A stretch of 63,032 nucleotides of DNA, filler included, from Octopus bimaculoides (Eukaryota), in NCBI RefSeq assembly GCF_001194135.2. It is 6 parts of 6 records of this genome, joined end to end, with 100 filler letters (N's around TTAATTAATTAA, not from the genome) between each part and the next. Parts side by side here need not be neighbours in the genome. Positions count along the whole stretch, not along the records: positions 60,142 to 63,032 come from NC_068986.1; 5 more parts are not named here. One strand, given 5' to 3'. A model generated the notes under the pieces. That model was given only the letters and a program-made list of their open reading frames with translations. It searched no databases and was not told where the DNA came from. Position numbers and translations under genes: made by a program. Shown here piece after piece: positions 61,044 to 63,032 of the stretch (positions are counted from its first letter, which is position 1; every line of letters starts with the position of its first letter).

Positions 61044-61345
61044 GAGTGAGAGAGCAGTGAATGCCATCAAAGTGACACTGGGGTACAAATATACGAAGCC
61101 CATTATACCCATCATGACCACCCGTCTGAGCTGGCAGAATAGTTAGCACGCAGGGGAAAATGCTTTGCGGCATTTTGTCCATCTTTACATTCTGAGTTCA
61201 AATTTCGCCGAAGTCCACTTTGCCTTTCGTCCTTTCGGGCTTGATGAAATAAGTACCAGTTACGCACGGAGGTCGATGTAATCGACTAATCCCCTCCGCC
61301 AAAATTTCAGCCCTTGTGCCTTTAGTAGAAAGGATGATTATTATC
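60310..61345. mobile_element. Cluster of four family A SINEs in + - + + orientation
   Basis: Units at ~60310-60520 (+), ~60548-60772 (-), ~60796-61000 (+) and ~61128-61345 (+). Confidence 0.92.
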
Positions 61346-61357
61346 ATTATTATTATT

Positions 61358-61870
61358 GAGAGAGCAATAGATGCTATCAATATGACACTGGAGTACAAGT
61401 ATACGAAGCCCAATATATCTATCATGACTACCCGTCTGATAAGGGTACACCAGGCACATGCATCACAACCATATATGTACGCAACATGATGATCTCATAT
61501 CGAGATAGACAGTGCATGACCTCGCAGGTGGAGCCCAGTTAGAATTTTCTTCAGGTCGAGTAGCCCATCCCGCTCAGAAGGTCACTCAATAAGGATTTTC
61601 AAGAATGTCGAACGACACTCCCATGTTTCTTGAGGTGAATTATTCAAATCCCAAAAAATTCCTCTCAACACATCGCTATGATGCTCCCCCACCACTAAGG
61701 GACATGTTCATTTAGTTAAGGTCAAACAACTAACAAGCAAATCTGTGGTATTGAGTAGAATATTTGTTGTAGCCCATCTTTTATACCAAGATAAAGCATG
61801 TACATAACACTTTCAATCAGTTAAGATCGGAAGCCATGAGAGCCACTGCCTGGTACTGCATCCGGGCATT
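61358..61870. mobile_element. Non-coding ~510-bp interspersed element flanked by (ATT)n on both sides (family G)
   Basis: GAGAGAGCA...GACACTGG.GTACAA.TATACGAAGCCC...GGTACTGCATCCGGGCATT; its first ~80 bp also occur at 61043-61127. No ORF recognised. Confidence 0.6.
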
Positions 61871-62091
61871 TCATTATTATTATTATTATTACTTTTAATC
61901 TGCATGTTTGTTATAATCACTTGCCGAGACACACCCAGTGTCCTAGGGCGAGTGAAGGATAGGAGATTTGACAGTATGACTGAACTTTATTGTTATTATT
62001 CGATAAATTAAGTACCGGGGAAACACTGGGGTCGATGTAATCGACTAGTCCCCTCCCTCAAAATTCAGGCCTTGTGCCTTAAGTAGAAAGG

Positions 62092-62135
<44 letters not shown>

Positions 62136-62183
62136 CCACCTTGTGGTGGATTGAGACTGTATCTGAGACTGTATTATCTAATG

Positions 62184-62472
62184 CAGGGGTTTTCAAACTT
62201 TTTGACTTGCGGACCCCTTTATATTTCAGGCTTTACCTTAGGGACCCCCTTATAAACGCTTATGAAATTTATACATAAATATTTGCTTAAAATAACATAT
62301 ATTTTTGCATTTATTTATTTAGCAGTATTTAACAAAATAGGTTTATTGTCAATTAAAAGATTTCGATTAAAAAACATCTATAAAATCAAATTGCCCATAA
62401 AAAGTATTTGCTGTCCACAGACTTATCCTTGCGGACCCCTGTGGTCCGCGGACCACAGTTTGAAAACCCCTG
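62184..62472. mobile_element. hAT (Charlie-type) MITE, 289 bp, with perfect TIRs and TSD
   Basis: 16-bp TIRs CAGGGGTTTTCAAACT / AGTTTGAAAACCCCTG; 8-bp TSD ATCTAATG at 62176-62183 and 62473-62480. Confidence 0.93.
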
Positions 62473-62631
62473 ATCTAATGGATTGTTCTTTCAGTTTGCT
62501 TCCCTTTCCAAGACGGAAGTGAGTGATTCGAGGTAGATTCCACTTCTATTCCTAACAGGTCGAGTGAACGCGGAGTGTGGCTCCTCCAATGATAAGTGTG
62601 TATTTATATTTTTGTATCCATGTCACTAAAA

Positions 62632-62701
<70 letters not shown>

Positions 62702-63032
62702 TCACATTTATAATGCCGTTATATATAATGTATTTTTGAAGCAGTAACATAATCCCTACTAACGAACTCTCCTACACCTTCCCTTATCTTCCACACCTCT
62801 CTACATACCTGCTAACATTCTCTTATTTGCTCTACCTCTTACTTTCCCCCCTCTCCTGTCTGCATTACTTCCCTTTATTAAATTCTTCTCCCTCTTATAT
62901 GTCTCATCTAGCTTTCTCCCCTTCATTCACTTAATTTTTCTCCCCCCCTCACTTTCTTCTTTCCATTTTCAGTTTTCACCACCTTGTCTACGTTCCGGTC
63001 ACCCTTTTACTCTTTCATAATCCCCCCTCCTC

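Overview
Repeat-dense animal genomic DNA from a draft assembly with about 7 kb of N gaps. The tRNA-derived SINE families and very high microsatellite density point to a coleoid cephalopod, most likely Octopus (inference). Almost every ORF in the supplied track is a translated microsatellite or an N-run artefact. The only well-supported host coding sequence is one 127-nt internal exon (30954-31080, +) encoding the N-terminal half of a SAM domain. It lies in an ~11 kb CpG-depleted block bounded on both sides by artificial TTAATTAATTAA gap linkers. The rest is mobile-element debris: at least five SINE-like families, RTE LINE pieces ending in three C2H2 zinc fingers, R4/Dong-type RLE LINE pieces, a Tx1/L1 piece, a Penelope GIY-YIG fragment, two Penelope-type minimal hammerhead-like motifs, a DD36E Tc1 (Incomer-like), mariner and maT remnants, and hAT, piggyBac-like and fold-back MITEs. 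No complete novel system is demonstrable from sequence alone. The best leads are the DD36E transposon, the triple-zinc-finger RTE, the hammerhead motifs and the methylation-signature block with its orphan exon. Coordinates were counted by eye; repeat boundaries may be off by about 10-20 nt.
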